Notes: generated from the letters alone by a model not told the origin. Positions 40,724-51,192 are shown, counted from the stretch's first letter. The stretch: 64,000 bases of DNA from an uncultured Collinsella sp. (GCA_905205405.1 CAJLDK010000001.1:35392-99391), one strand, 5' to 3'. Program-made: numbers and translations.

Positions 40724-41350
40724 CTACGGGCGCACGACGCGCACGGCCTGCTCCATCTTCTCCACGATCACGTACATGTTGGTGACCTCGCCCACCGCAA
40801 GCTGGTCTTTAATGCCAAAGTGATCCAGGCAGGTACCGCAGGTGAGAATCTCGACGCCCTGCTCAGCCAGCCCCTTCAGGTCGTCGAGCACCGGAGAGCC
40901 CTCGACGGTCAGCTTGGCGCCGCCGTTATAGAACAGCATGGTCGCGGGCAGCTCCTCCTGCTGCATCACGGCAAAAATGAAGGCCTTCATGAGCTTGTGG
41001 CCCAGCTCGTCGTCGCCGCGGCCCATGCAGTCGGTGTAGACGGAAATGACGAGCTTGCCCTTGCCGGCGCTGGCGTCGCAAAAAGCGGCACCGTCCTGCT
41101 CGGGGTCCGCAACTGCCACGGCACCGGCGGTCGCGACAATCACGTGCCACTCGGCGTCCGAGATCTTCTCGACCGAGGCCGTGCAACCCTTCTCCTGCGC
41201 CATCTTGGAGATGTTCTTGACGGCCGTCTCGTTGTCGACCGAGGTCACGACAGTGCCCTCGCCATCGAGCTGCTTGAGGGCCTTGAGCGTCTTGACGACG
41301 GGCAGCGGGCAGGCATCGCCCATGGCATTGACTTCAATCTTGGTAGACAT
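40724..41350 (-). CDS. yedF: Selenium metabolism protein YedF (TusA-like N-domain plus DsrE-like C-domain)
   Basis: N-terminal MGDACPLPVVKTLKAL CPxP motif, then a DsrE/DsrF-like domain. Confidence 0.8.
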   Translation of the reverse strand: MSTKIEVNAMGDACPLPVVKTLKALKQLDGEGTVVTSVDNETAVKNISKMAQEKGCTASVEKISDAEWHVIVATAGAVAVADPEQDGAAFCDASAGKGKLVISVYTDCMGRGDDELGHKLMKAFIFAVMQQEELPATMLFYNGGAKLTVEGSPVLDDLKGLAEQGVEILTCGTCLDHFGIKDQLAVGEVTNMYVIVEKMEQAVRVVRP

Positions 41351-41410
41351 AGCTACATCCTTTCAAAAGGGACCGCCCAGAACAGTAGGCAGTCGCACAA
41401 ACGGTTTTCT

Positions 41411-42460
41411 TTAATGCACAACGCGAACAGCAGGACCGCCCGGCTCCGCCTCGCACACGCGCCCGACGACGGCGGCGATACGTCCCTCGGCATGTAGACG
41501 GCGCGCAAGCTCATCCACATCGGCAGCAGGCGCCGCGATGAGCAAACCACCCGAGGTCTGCGGATCGTACAGTGCATCCAACATGCCCGGCTCCAGGTCC
41601 TCGTCGGCAGCCACGCGCGGGCCAAAGAAGTCCTGGTTGCGGTAGGCACCGGCAGGAATAATGCCCAGACGCGCCATATCGAGCACCTGGTCAAAGAGCG
41701 GCACCGCCCCCGACGTAAGTTCAATCTGCACGCCCGAGCCCTCGGCCATCTCGCACGCATGCCCGATCAGGCCAAAGCCCGTGATGTCGGTGCAGCCGTG
41801 AAGCTCGAGTCCCTCGGCCAGGCGAATCGGGGCCTCGTTGAGGGTACGCATCGAGTCAAACATGGCTGCGGCCTCGTCCTGCTCGATGAGCTCGCCCTTA
41901 ATGGCCGTGGTGATGATGCCCGAGCCGATCGCCTTGGTCAGCAGCAGAACATCGCCCACGCGTGCGCCGCTGTTGGCGAGCATGTGGTCGAGTGGCACAA
42001 AACCGCTCACGGACAGACCGTACTTGGGCTCGTCGTCGTTGATGGTGTGGCCGCCCGCGATGGAGCAACCCGCCTCGACGCACTTATCGGCGCCGCCCGC
42101 CAGAATCTGACCGGCAACTTCAACGCCCAGGCAACTGGGTATGCAAAGCAGGTTCATGGCATGGCTCGGCCGCCCGCCCATGGCGTAGATGTCCGACAGC
42201 GAGTTGGCCGCAGCGATCTGGCCAAACAGGAACGGGTCATCGACCATCGGTGGGAAGAAGTCGATGGACTGCACGAGCCCCAGGTTCTCCCCTACGCGGA
42301 AGACGCTCGCATCGTCGGAGGTATCGAACCCCACGAGCAAGTTGTCGTTATGCACATTGGGTAAGTCGCCCAGGACCTGGGCGAGGGCTCCGGGAGCCAA
42401 CTTAGCGGCTCAACCGCTCGCGGCCGTCATGGACGTGAGCCTCATGGTGTCCTTAGCCAT
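41411..42460 (-). CDS. selD: Selenide, water dikinase SelD, a selenoprotein with an in-frame UGA (Sec) codon at 42412..42410
   Basis: Reading through the TGA gives MAKDTMRLTSMTAASG-U-AAKLAPGALAQ..., matching the SelD catalytic motif G(C/U)GCK. GGGGG SD before the ATG at 42460. The ORF track starts after the TGA. Confidence 0.85.
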
Positions 42461-43670
42461 ACGAACCCCCTTCCAACAAATCAACGACTTTAAGTATACG
42501 CGCCAGGCACGCTTCCCAAGAGACCGCCGACGGCTCGAACGTCGAAAGCGGCGCCGCAAGCGCCTGCGCGATAGCATCTGCCAGTGCGCGCTCAAACAAC
42601 GGAAGGTCGGCCGCCACGGGCGTGTCGACATCCGTCATACGCGGCGACGCCACCCACGTCACGGGAGCACCGGGAAGCATCGCCTCCATCCAGGGACGAA
42701 CGCCGGGCAAATCGGTCGCCACAACTTTGCAGCCGCACGCGAGGGCCTCGATCGTCACGAGCGGCAGACCCTCGTAAAACGAAGGCAGCACAAAGACGTC
42801 GGAACTGCGGTAGGCACGCACGAGCCCATCGCTATCCAGGCGCCCCGCCAGCGTCACCGGCACATCCGAGGCCGCGGTCAAGCGCTCGATACGCGCGTAC
42901 TCGGCATCGTCCCCGCGGCCGCCCACAAGTACCAAGCCAGATGGGCGGACGCCATCGTCAATCGGCAATGACACAGCTCGAACCAGCGACTCGACGCCCT
43001 TTTTAAAGCAAATCTTGCCCACGTACACAAGCGATCCCGGCTGCCTCGCCACGCTTGCATCGCGGCAGAAGACGCGATGGTCGTAGCCCGTCCCAATCAC
43101 GTGGATACGATCGGCATCGACGCCGCACACCAGGCCAATCTGCTCAGCCTGCTCAGCATGGAGTGCAAAGACGGCATCGAGCCGACGAACCGCACTTACG
43201 ATGCGATCGCGTTCGAGCGTATGCGAACGCAGCTGGCGCAGGTCGGTCGAATGACACACGGCAACAACCGGCACGCCTCGGACGCACTCGCGCGCCAATG
43301 CGGTCACCAGATACAGGTGATGGCAGAGCACCAAATCGGGCCGAAACTCAGCCACCGCTCGATCGATTGCAGCAGCAAATGCCCGCTCAAATGCCTTGAG
43401 CATCGAAGGCGTCAGATCACGATAGCGTGTGGAGGGATAGGGCATGACATCGGACATGCCACAGATGGGAAACGGCAGCTCGGGCGACTCGAACGGTACG
43501 GCAAACACGGCAGCACGCCGGTCCAGCTCGCCTTGGGTATCACCCGGTGCCGCGCCGCAAAGCACGGCGGCGCGATGCCCCGTCTCGATCTGCTCGCGTA
43601 CGAGCGCGGCAAGGTAGGTGCCGCTGCCAGTGCTATCTGGTTTTTGTGCCGAGATATTGAGGATGCGCAT
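42453..43670 (-). CDS. Family 4 glycosyltransferase
   Basis: MRILNISAQKPDSTGSGTYLAAL...EGLPLVTIEALACG. Start at 43670; the ORF track over-extends. Confidence 0.8.
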   Translation of the reverse strand: MRILNISAQKPDSTGSGTYLAALVREQIETGHRAAVLCGAAPGDTQGELDRRAAVFAVPFESPELPFPICGMSDVMPYPSTRYRDLTPSMLKAFERAFAAAIDRAVAEFRPDLVLCHHLYLVTALARECVRGVPVVAVCHSTDLRQLRSHTLERDRIVSAVRRLDAVFALHAEQAEQIGLVCGVDADRIHVIGTGYDHRVFCRDASVARQPGSLVYVGKICFKKGVESLVRAVSLPIDDGVRPSGLVLVGGRGDDAEYARIERLTAASDVPVTLAGRLDSDGLVRAYRSSDVFVLPSFYEGLPLVTIEALACGCKVVATDLPGVRPWMEAMLPGAPVTWVASPRMTDVDTPVAADLPLFERALADAIAQALAAPLSTFEPSAVSWEACLARILKVVDLLEGGSYG

Positions 43671-43684
43671 GTCGCGGTACACCC

Positions 43685-44449
43685 CTAGGCCAAGGCGGCG
43701 GCGCGGACAGCCGCGCCGATCGCTCCGGCAAAGCGAGCCTGGGGCGAGGTGGTCACCGGCGACCCCAGTAGCTCGCCCAACCGCTCCACCACGAAGGCGT
43801 TCTCGCACAGGCCACCGGTCAGGTAGTACGGGGCACCCGCGGCCTGTCCGGCCATGGTCGCCACGCGCGAGACCACGCTGTCGATCACGCCACGCGCAAT
43901 GTTCTCGCGCGGCTCACCGCGACCGATCAGGCTGATAACCTCGCTTTCGGCAAACACGGTGCACATGCTGGAAATCTTGGTAGGCTCGCCGGTGCGGGCG
44001 AGGTCTGCCATCTGCTGCTGGGTAATGCCCAAGCGGTCGGCCATGATCTCCAAAAAGCGCCCCGTGCCGGCGGCGCACTTGTCGTTCATGGCGAACTTTG
44101 CCACGCGGCCGCCCTTGAGTTGGATGACCTTGGTATCTTGGCCGCCCACGTCGATCACCGTGCCCTGCTCGCCAAACAAGCGGACCGCACCGGCACCATG
44201 GCAGGTGATCTCGGTCACTACCTTGTTGGCATAGGGCACCGCGACACGGCCGTAGCCAGTCGCGACCACGCGAACATCGTCGCCCGTCACGTCATAGCCG
44301 GCTGCGGCGAGTTCACCGCGTAGGCGCTCGGCCGCATCGACCGACGAATACCCCGTCGGCATGACGCAGGTCCACGCAATGGCGTTGTCCGTCTCCACCA
44401 CCGCAGCCTTCGCGGCCGTCGAGCCTATGTCGATACCAATGCCAACCAC
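43685..44449 (-). CDS. CoA-substrate-specific enzyme activase (BadF/BadG/BcrA/BcrD / HgdC family ATPase)
   Basis: GIDIGSTAAKAAVV...two conserved Cys (ITCHGAG, KCAAGTG) for the [4Fe-4S] bridging cluster. GTG start with a GGAGGA SD. Confidence 0.85.
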   Translation of the reverse strand: MVGIGIDIGSTAAKAAVVETDNAIAWTCVMPTGYSSVDAAERLRGELAAAGYDVTGDDVRVVATGYGRVAVPYANKVVTEITCHGAGAVRLFGEQGTVIDVGGQDTKVIQLKGGRVAKFAMNDKCAAGTGRFLEIMADRLGITQQQMADLARTGEPTKISSMCTVFAESEVISLIGRGEPRENIARGVIDSVVSRVATMAGQAAGAPYYLTGGLCENAFVVERLGELLGSPVTTSPQARFAGAIGAAVRAAALA

Positions 44450-44499
44450 GGCATCCTCCTTCTATGCGGCAAAGCAGCTATCCCTTTGCCGCATTTGTC

Positions 44500-45663
44500 C
44501 TACAGGGTCTCGATAAAGGCAGCAATGCGCGTCTCGATCTGGCCCATGTCACCGTTGCTGTAGTCGGTCTCAATCTTCATATACGGAATACCCGCGCCCT
44601 CGACAGCCTCCTGCATGCGCGCACTCTCCACGTTAAAGGTGTGGCAGGCCTGGAGCACGCTCTCTACCACGCCATCGACATGATACTTCTCGCACATGGC
44701 CAGCGTGTTTTCCATACGACCATCGTTGGGCGTCATGACCGAGCAGTTGATGTCCAGGTAGCGGTCGGCGATGGCACGCAGGATGTCGGGAGCCTCCGGA
44801 TCGATCATCATGGCCGCCGTGCGCTCGCCCGAGCAATCGTCCATGCACACGACCACGCCGCCATTGGACTCGATGGTACGACCGATCTTGTTGATCACGC
44901 CGCCCACCGGGCAACCAGTGATCAGAATGCGCTTGGCATCCACCGCAACCGGGCGCTCGCCTGCGTCGTAGGCCTCGCGCAGCTTGGCGACCTTTTGCTC
45001 CAGCTGCTGCGTATAGGCCTCGATATCAAAGCTGAACGTACCGGCAAACATGGTGCTCATCAGGTCGACGCCGCTCATGGCCGCAGGCTGGTTGGCCTGG
45101 AGGGCAAACATCTCGAGTTGCGCCGCACGCAGACGGTTGCGGCGTCGGACGGCAGCACGTAGGTCATCGTCGGTAATCGTGATGCCGTAGAAGCCCTCGA
45201 GTTCCTCCTTGAGCAGACGGCACTCCTCGTACCAGCCCTCGCGCTCGTAGGCGCGGTCGCGACCCTGCGGAAGATGCAGAATGTGCGTGCGCTTAAGCTC
45301 GTTGAGTAGCTCGTACATCTTCTTCTTGCCGTCGCAGGTGGTCTCGCCGATGATCATGTCGCTAAAGTACGTAAACGGGCACTTTTGCGAATAGGCAAAA
45401 CCATACGTCGACTTGATGAGCGGGCAGAGGTTTGCCGGCAGCACCTTCTCGGCCTCGGGAATCACCTCGTCGGACGTACCGCACAGAGCCACGCTCGAGG
45501 CGCCCGCGGCATCGATAATCTCGAGCGGCGTATAGCTGCACAAAAAGCCGACCAGGCGATTACCCGCCTGCTTGTAATCCTTAACGCGAATAAACGCCGC
45601 CTTGCGTTGTTCGTTAAACTCCTCAAACGTGCTGGGCAACGGCTGCTCAATATTTTCCGACAT
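44500..45663 (-). CDS. 2-hydroxyacyl-CoA dehydratase family subunit (HgdB/FldC-like)
   Basis: [11 protein letters not shown]...CPLIKSTYG...TCDGKKK is the conserved dehydratase pattern. Start at 45663 with an AGGAG SD. Confidence 0.8.
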   Translation of the reverse strand: MSENIEQPLPSTFEEFNEQRKAAFIRVKDYKQAGNRLVGFLCSYTPLEIIDAAGASSVALCGTSDEVIPEAEKVLPANLCPLIKSTYGFAYSQKCPFTYFSDMIIGETTCDGKKKMYELLNELKRTHILHLPQGRDRAYEREGWYEECRLLKEELEGFYGITITDDDLRAAVRRRNRLRAAQLEMFALQANQPAAMSGVDLMSTMFAGTFSFDIEAYTQQLEQKVAKLREAYDAGERPVAVDAKRILITGCPVGGVINKIGRTIESNGGVVVCMDDCSGERTAAMMIDPEAPDILRAIADRYLDINCSVMTPNDGRMENTLAMCEKYHVDGVVESVLQACHTFNVESARMQEAVEGAGIPYMKIETDYSNGDMGQIETRIAAFIETL

Positions 45664-45813
45664 ATAACTCCTAAACCTTTTAACCAACCAAGGAAGCGGC
45701 TTTCCCAGGTGCCCGAGGTTGCCGTGAAAGAGACGCGCCGCGTACTTTCGCACGCAAGCGACGGTTTGAACGGCAAGATCGGGTGCCTGGGAAAGCCGCC
45801 GGGACGGATAGCC

Positions 45814-47097
45814 CTAAATGGTTTCCAAGAAGGCCTCGATCCTGGTTTGCAGTTGGCCTGCATCCTCACCGGCGTAGTCGGTCGTGATGTGCATAAACGG
45901 AATGCCGGCTTCCTCGGCGGCCTTCTCCACGGCAAACGACTCCATCTCATAGAGCGTGCAGAACTGCAGGGCCACGTCGACGATGCCGTCGGCATGCAGG
46001 TCCTTGGCCATCTGGACAATGTCCTTCATACGCTGGTCGTTGGGCGTAAAGACGGCGCAGTTGATCTTAAAGTAGCGCACGGCGATGGCATCGAGCATCT
46101 CGTCCACCGTCTCACCGGACTCGTCGACCAGGTCCTTGTAGTAGCGCGAGCCCGTGCAGGACTCCTCGCCTACCACAACGCCGCCGGCTTTCTCGATGAG
46201 GTTGAACAGCTTCCAGTTGGGCACGGCCATGGGCGTGCCGGTGTACAGAATGCGCTTGGTCCCCTTGGGCGCCACGCCCTCGCCGGCCTCGACACGCTGC
46301 TCGCACTCAGCCGCCATATCGTTAATGGCTCCGGTCAGACGTGGCGTGTCGTCCATAAAGGCGGCCTGAACGGTCAGCAGGCTGTCAAGACCGCTGATGG
46401 GCGCAGGGTCGGCAGCGCGCGTGGCAGCGAGGCGCTGCAGGGCGCGACGCTTCTCATTGACGGCGTGGATGGCGGCCTTCAGACGCTCAGGCGTAATCGT
46501 GACGCCGCACTCTTCCTCGATCTTGGCGGCGAGCTTCTTGACCTCGGCCTTCCAGGTCACGAGCGTCGACTCGTCGTGTACGTTGGGAATATCCATGACG
46601 TACATGTTCTTTTGCGTGGCAAAGAACTCGTAGGCCTTCTTCTTGCCATCGCAGGTGTTCTCGCCTACCACCAAGTCACTCGACTCAATGTAGGGGCAGA
46701 CCTCGCCCAGCTTAAAGCCGGCAAAGCTCTTGATAAGCGGGCAGGTGTTGCGCGGCAGATGCTCCTCGACCTTATCGGTTGCCCAATCGGCACCCGAGCA
46801 CAGACCCACGGGAATACCGTCGCAGGCAAGCACGATCTCCTCGGGCACGTACACGCAGAACGAACCGACGATCTTGGTGGCCTCGCCGGCCTCCTTCTTG
46901 TCGAGCATCTCCTTAATACGGCCGCTGTGGATGTTGGTGGCCACAAAGTCCAGGTAGGACGTGGACTTGGGGCGATTGTTCTGCGTCAAGAACATATCGC
47001 CGTACATCTGGCCCACGGCGCCCAGCAGCATGTCGTGGTCGGCAAGATTCATGCCGAGGCTCTCCCACATCGGATGGAAATCGAATTCTTCAGCCAT
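45814..47097 (-). CDS. 2-hydroxyacyl-CoA dehydratase family subunit (HgdA/FldB-like)
   Basis: VYVPEEIVLACDGIPVGLCSG...CPLIKSFAG...TCDGKKK. Confidence 0.8.
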   Translation of the reverse strand: MAEEFDFHPMWESLGMNLADHDMLLGAVGQMYGDMFLTQNNRPKSTSYLDFVATNIHSGRIKEMLDKKEAGEATKIVGSFCVYVPEEIVLACDGIPVGLCSGADWATDKVEEHLPRNTCPLIKSFAGFKLGEVCPYIESSDLVVGENTCDGKKKAYEFFATQKNMYVMDIPNVHDESTLVTWKAEVKKLAAKIEEECGVTITPERLKAAIHAVNEKRRALQRLAATRAADPAPISGLDSLLTVQAAFMDDTPRLTGAINDMAAECEQRVEAGEGVAPKGTKRILYTGTPMAVPNWKLFNLIEKAGGVVVGEESCTGSRYYKDLVDESGETVDEMLDAIAVRYFKINCAVFTPNDQRMKDIVQMAKDLHADGIVDVALQFCTLYEMESFAVEKAAEEAGIPFMHITTDYAGEDAGQLQTRIEAFLETI

Positions 47098-47256
47098 GAC
47101 GGTTCCCCTCTCGAACCAAAAACGGATAACAGCGGTATCGGTGCACGACGGGCGGCGATTGCCCTGCCGTGCTCAAACCCGGAATTTTGGGGAACCTGCT
47201 TTGCGGTCGATTATTTAGTTGTGCGTCGTCTCTCCCGGAGCCGTGAACATACCTGC

Positions 47257-47325
47257 TCATATGCGGCTCCGAGCCATATATAGGACACGCGCGGCAACGC
47301 GGCGAATGTATGTCGTCTGCGGCAT
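47257..47325 (-). CDS. Candidate 22-codon leader ORF (MPQTTYIRRVAARVLYMARSRI) in the 430-nt leader of the dehydratase operon
   Basis: Strong SD AAAGGAGGG 8 nt before the ATG. Located ~160 nt upstream of the hgdA-like start. Confidence 0.3.
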   Translation of the reverse strand: MPQTTYIRRVAARVLYMARSRI

Positions 47326-47531
47326 GTGCGCACCCTCCTTTACAAGTTAAGGTCAACTATATCAACGGTCATCGACCATGCGAACACCGTTGACATTCGT
47401 ATGACAGCGTCGTGTGCCGCCGTTTAATAAATTATTATCTTGCTTGATAATTAATTGCCATTCTACATTCGGCGAACGGTAGGAAACGAAACGGCGGGCT
47501 GCCGAGAACCCTCGACAGCCCGCCCTCTACC

Positions 47532-48602
47532 CTATCGACAAACCAAATGGATCCTACTGGCATCAAAATGCATGCGCAGCGTCTCGCCTGCTTGCGGCAG
47601 CTCGTCGACAGGCACGCCCACCTTGTTGACCTTCCACTGCAGGCGAGTCGGCGCATCGATGCGCGGCGCATCCAACAGCACCAGGCGCTCAAAACGCGAA
47701 TCGCTCACGCGCGCCACGTGCAGGTCGTAGCTGTTGCGACCCCGCTCAGCGCGATTGTCAACATGGAAGTAGCTTGCGCGAATGCCCAGGTACGCCACAT
47801 TATCGGGAACCTCGCGACCCACGTTAAAGGTCATGCCCCAGTCGAGGGCTTCAACTTCTTCGTCGCCGATCTTGCGCGCCCGGCTTGTGTTCTTGCAGCC
47901 CGTCAGGCGCAGCGCCGCCAGCGTCTGCGGACGGCGGACCACGTCCTCGACAGAGCCGATCTCCTCAACATGCCCGTCGTGCATCACGCAGATGCGCTGG
48001 CACAGGCGGCACGCCTCGTCGATGTCGTGGCTCACGTAGAGCACGGTGCGGTTGCACACATCGAACAGGTCGAGCATGTTCTGTTCGAGCGCGCTCTTAA
48101 GATAGGAATCGAGTGCGCTCATGGGCTCGTCGAACATAAAGATGCCCGGGTGCGCCGCCACCATGCGCGCAAGCGCCACGCGTTGCTGCTGACCGCCCGA
48201 GAGGCGCGCGGGATAGCGGTCGACAAAATCGGCCAGACCGAAAATGCCCAGATAGCGCTCGGCGAGCTTTTTGCGCGCGGCGGCGTCACCCGCGTCCTTT
48301 ACACCGGCGCACACGTTATCAGCCACCGTCATGTTGGGAAACAGCTGATAGTTTTGGAACAGCAAAGCACACTTGCGCTCCTGGGGCGACAGGTTGATAC
48401 CCGCCGCCGAGTCAAAGAAGGTCACGCCGTTGACGACGATCTCGCCCTCGTCGGGCGTCTCCACGCCGGCAACGCAACGCAAGGTGCAGCTCTTGCCACA
48501 ACCCGAGGCGCCCAGCAGCGCCACGCGCTCCTCGCCGGCCTCAAGCTGCATGTCGAGAGTGAACCCCGGATAGCGCTTTTTGATATCCAGAACAAGCGAC
48601 AT
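47532..48602 (-). CDS. modC: Molybdate/tungstate ABC transporter ATP-binding protein with a C-terminal TOBE/Mop domain
   Basis: Walker A GASGCGKS, LSGGQQQRVALAR, and a C-terminal TOBE-like region. AGGGAGG SD. Confidence 0.85.
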   Translation of the reverse strand: MSLVLDIKKRYPGFTLDMQLEAGEERVALLGASGCGKSCTLRCVAGVETPDEGEIVVNGVTFFDSAAGINLSPQERKCALLFQNYQLFPNMTVADNVCAGVKDAGDAAARKKLAERYLGIFGLADFVDRYPARLSGGQQQRVALARMVAAHPGIFMFDEPMSALDSYLKSALEQNMLDLFDVCNRTVLYVSHDIDEACRLCQRICVMHDGHVEEIGSVEDVVRRPQTLAALRLTGCKNTSRARKIGDEEVEALDWGMTFNVGREVPDNVAYLGIRASYFHVDNRAERGRNSYDLHVARVSDSRFERLVLLDAPRIDAPTRLQWKVNKVGVPVDELPQAGETLRMHFDASRIHLVCR

Positions 48603-48605
48603 GGC

Positions 48606-50030
48606 TTATCGACCTCCCTTTGCGACCGTGTCATCGCGCATAAGCTCGGCCAGCGCCTCGCGATCGATACGCAGTGCATCGCCGCCGACTGGGTCGAGCG
48701 AATCGGTCTGGCCGCCCAGCTGCTTGGCCTGCTTGCGCTCCGCGCGGGACAGGCCGCGCTCACGGTACTTTTGCGAATGCGCCGTGTACATATTGATGAA
48801 CAGAATGACCAGGAAACTGAACACGATTACGACGATGACCCAAAAGAGAGCTACCGACGTGTTACCGCCCATCCACTCAAAGTAAATTGCAATGGGAATG
48901 GTCTGCGTAATGCCGGCATAGTTGCCCGCAAAGAACAGCGTGCAGCCAAACTCGCCCATCGCGCGAGCGAAGGCGAGCACCGTGCCGGCAGCAATCGAGG
49001 GCCAGCCGAGCGGCATCATGAGCTTGGCAAAGATGCGGCGCTCGGACCAGCCCAGCGTGCGCGCCGCATCGAGCATCTGCGTGTCGAGGCTCTCGAAGGC
49101 ACCGAGCGCCGTGCGGTAGACCAGGGGAAACGACACCACCACGGCGGATATCACCGCCGCGGGCCACGTAAAGACGATCGAGATGCCGTGCGCGATGAGC
49201 CACTGGCCCACCCCGGTCGAGCGGCCAAACAGCATGAGAAGCAGAAAGCCGCAGACCGTGGGCGGCAGCACCATAGGAATCGTAAAGACCGAATCGAGCA
49301 GGCCCTTGATGCGACTCGAGGTACCCATAGTCTTCCACGCGGCGAACAGGCCCAGCGCAAAGGAGATCAGCAGGGCAAGGCCGCTCGTTTTAATGGACAC
49401 CCAAAACGGGCGATAGTCGATGTCGCCCAAAAAGGAGGCCAGAGAGGTCAAGGGCCCCCGTTCATCCCGCAGCACGACAGACGATGCTTCAACCATTTGA
49501 GCGCTATCAAGCCAACGCGCGCCGCCCTTGGCATCACCCGAGGCTGATGCAATCACCACATAGCGGTCCCCATCCGTACCGCGCTCGTCAAAGCCATAGG
49601 TATACCCGCCGGTATCAAACGTTGTTTCCGCCGTGACATACCAAGGAAGATCCACGTCCCCTAGCTGCGCACCTCCCATGCAGTTTGCACTGTCGAGCTT
49701 ACAGACGAGGGCTTTGAGACCCGATACGCACTCGTTGTCCTGCGGATCCAATCCAAACTTCTCGACCGCCTTGGGCGATATCCACACCACAACGCGATCG
49801 GCAGCAGGCGCCACTACAAGGTCCACGTCCTCGTCAACGGGAAACCGGTAGCCCTCAGGCTGGCCCTCCATGGCACGAGCGGTCCCCTTGGCCAACCGCT
49901 CAAAACCCTCGATCCCATAGGAAAGCCCATGAGCGGTCGCAGTAACCTGGGCCCCGTCCTCAGCGTCCCCAGCAAACGCAAATCCCGGCATCCAGCAAAG
50001 CGCGAAGGTCAAAGCACAGGCGACAAGCAT
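48606..50030 (-). CDS. modB: Molybdate ABC transporter permease (ModB) fused to a ~215-aa N-terminal secreted/periplasmic domain. The start is uncertain; the ORF is open to 50117.
   Basis: C-terminal half carries the ABC TM1 EAA-loop signature (ARTLGWSERRIFAKLMMP). N-terminal half has a signal-like segment plus a Cys-containing domain with no obvious family. Confidence 0.7.
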   Translation of the reverse strand: MLVACALTFALCWMPGFAFAGDAEDGAQVTATAHGLSYGIEGFERLAKGTARAMEGQPEGYRFPVDEDVDLVVAPAADRVVVWISPKAVEKFGLDPQDNECVSGLKALVCKLDSANCMGGAQLGDVDLPWYVTAETTFDTGGYTYGFDERGTDGDRYVVIASASGDAKGGARWLDSAQMVEASSVVLRDERGPLTSLASFLGDIDYRPFWVSIKTSGLALLISFALGLFAAWKTMGTSSRIKGLLDSVFTIPMVLPPTVCGFLLLMLFGRSTGVGQWLIAHGISIVFTWPAAVISAVVVSFPLVYRTALGAFESLDTQMLDAARTLGWSERRIFAKLMMPLGWPSIAAGTVLAFARAMGEFGCTLFFAGNYAGITQTIPIAIYFEWMGGNTSVALFWVIVVIVFSFLVILFINMYTAHSQKYRERGLSRAERKQAKQLGGQTDSLDPVGGDALRIDREALAELMRDDTVAKGGR

Positions 50031-50116
50031 GCGGAATCTATTAAGCACGAAAAGCTCCAAGCGAATACAAGGACGGAGTGAAACACAAAACGATGGAATT
50101 ATCGCGCCAAGCCGCA

Positions 50117-50989
50117 CTACTCGGAAAGCTCAAAGCCGTACTTAGCCCAAATCTTCTGAGCCTTCTTGTTGGTCAGACAGAAGTCAATGAACGCCTTGGC
50201 CTCGTCGGCGTGCTCGGAGCTCTCGGCAACGGCACCCGGGTACACGATGGGCTTGTGCGAATCCTCGGGGCACACGAAGGCCTCCTCGATGCCGTCGTAG
50301 CGGTAGATGTCAGAGCTGTAGACAAAACCGGCCACGCAGTCGCCTGTGGACACATAGACGGCGGCGGTACCAACTTTGTCTGCCAGTGCAACCTTGTCGG
50401 CGATCTCGGGCGCATACTCGCCGTCGTCGCCCTCGGTGCCGGTATAGAGGCCCACGGAAGCCAGCGCCTGGTTGGCGTACTTGCCGGCGGGGACGGTCTT
50501 AGCGTCGCCAATGGCGATTTTGCCATCCAGGTTCGCAACGTCCGCGATGGCCTCGACCTTGGTGTCGGAACCCTCGGCGCGAATGATCACGAGGTCGTTG
50601 ACGAACATGTCCTCACGCGTGTCGGCTTCGACAAGCTCGGCGGCCTCGGCGTCGTCCATGGTGCCCTTGGAGGCCGTGATGAGCACGTCGACCGCAGCAC
50701 CGGCGCGCATCTGCTCGACAAGGTCACCGGAGCCCTTAAACTGCGTGTCGACAAACGTGGTGCCGGCCTGCTCGGTGTAGAGTTCCTGAACCTCGGGCAG
50801 GGCCTTCTCGAGAGAGTTGGCAGCGAAGACCTGCAGCTCGACAGCCTTCTTGGACGAAATCTTGGCGGAGCCGGCATCGGAGCCGGTCGACTCAGGCTCC
50901 TTGTTGCCGGAGCAGCCGGCAAGCCCAAGGCCGGCAGCGGCGACAGCAGAAAGCGAGACGAATCCGCGGCGAGAAACCATATCGAACAT
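50117..50989 (-). CDS. modA: Molybdate ABC transporter substrate-binding lipoprotein ModA
   Basis: Tat/lipobox-like signal SRRGFVSLSAVAAAGLGLAGC. ModA fold motifs. Confidence 0.85.
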   Translation of the reverse strand: MFDMVSRRGFVSLSAVAAAGLGLAGCSGNKEPESTGSDAGSAKISSKKAVELQVFAANSLEKALPEVQELYTEQAGTTFVDTQFKGSGDLVEQMRAGAAVDVLITASKGTMDDAEAAELVEADTREDMFVNDLVIIRAEGSDTKVEAIADVANLDGKIAIGDAKTVPAGKYANQALASVGLYTGTEGDDGEYAPEIADKVALADKVGTAAVYVSTGDCVAGFVYSSDIYRYDGIEEAFVCPEDSHKPIVYPGAVAESSEHADEAKAFIDFCLTNKKAQKIWAKYGFELSE

Positions 50990-51145
50990 GTTCAACCCTT
51001 TCGAAGGCTACGCCCGGGCGCCCGCCGCGAGCTTTATTCTGTAATTAGATTATACTTCCGCGCGAATAATATCAGTGATAAAGATTTCTCGTCTGATAAT
51101 TCTCTTTCGCCGATAGTCTCAGGACGTTCCGCGCTGTCGCTGCAT

Positions 51146-51179
51146 AAAAAGGCGGAGCGACTCGCAAAGTCGCTCCGCC
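51146..51179 (-). terminator. Terminator of mogA
   Basis: GGCGGAGCGACT-N5-AGTCGCTCCGCC followed by T5 on the minus strand. Confidence 0.7.
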
Positions 51180-51192
51180 GCAGGTAGCGCGC

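Noticed and set aside
41411-42400. selD as an N-terminally truncated gene or pseudogene
   Set aside because: The upstream in-frame TGA is in the catalytic Cys/Sec position with a good SD and ATG 16 codons further up. This is a selenocysteine codon, not a disruption.
50996-51145. Moco riboswitch upstream of modA
   Set aside because: No recognisable Moco-riboswitch consensus. The region looks like an ordinary AT-rich promoter.
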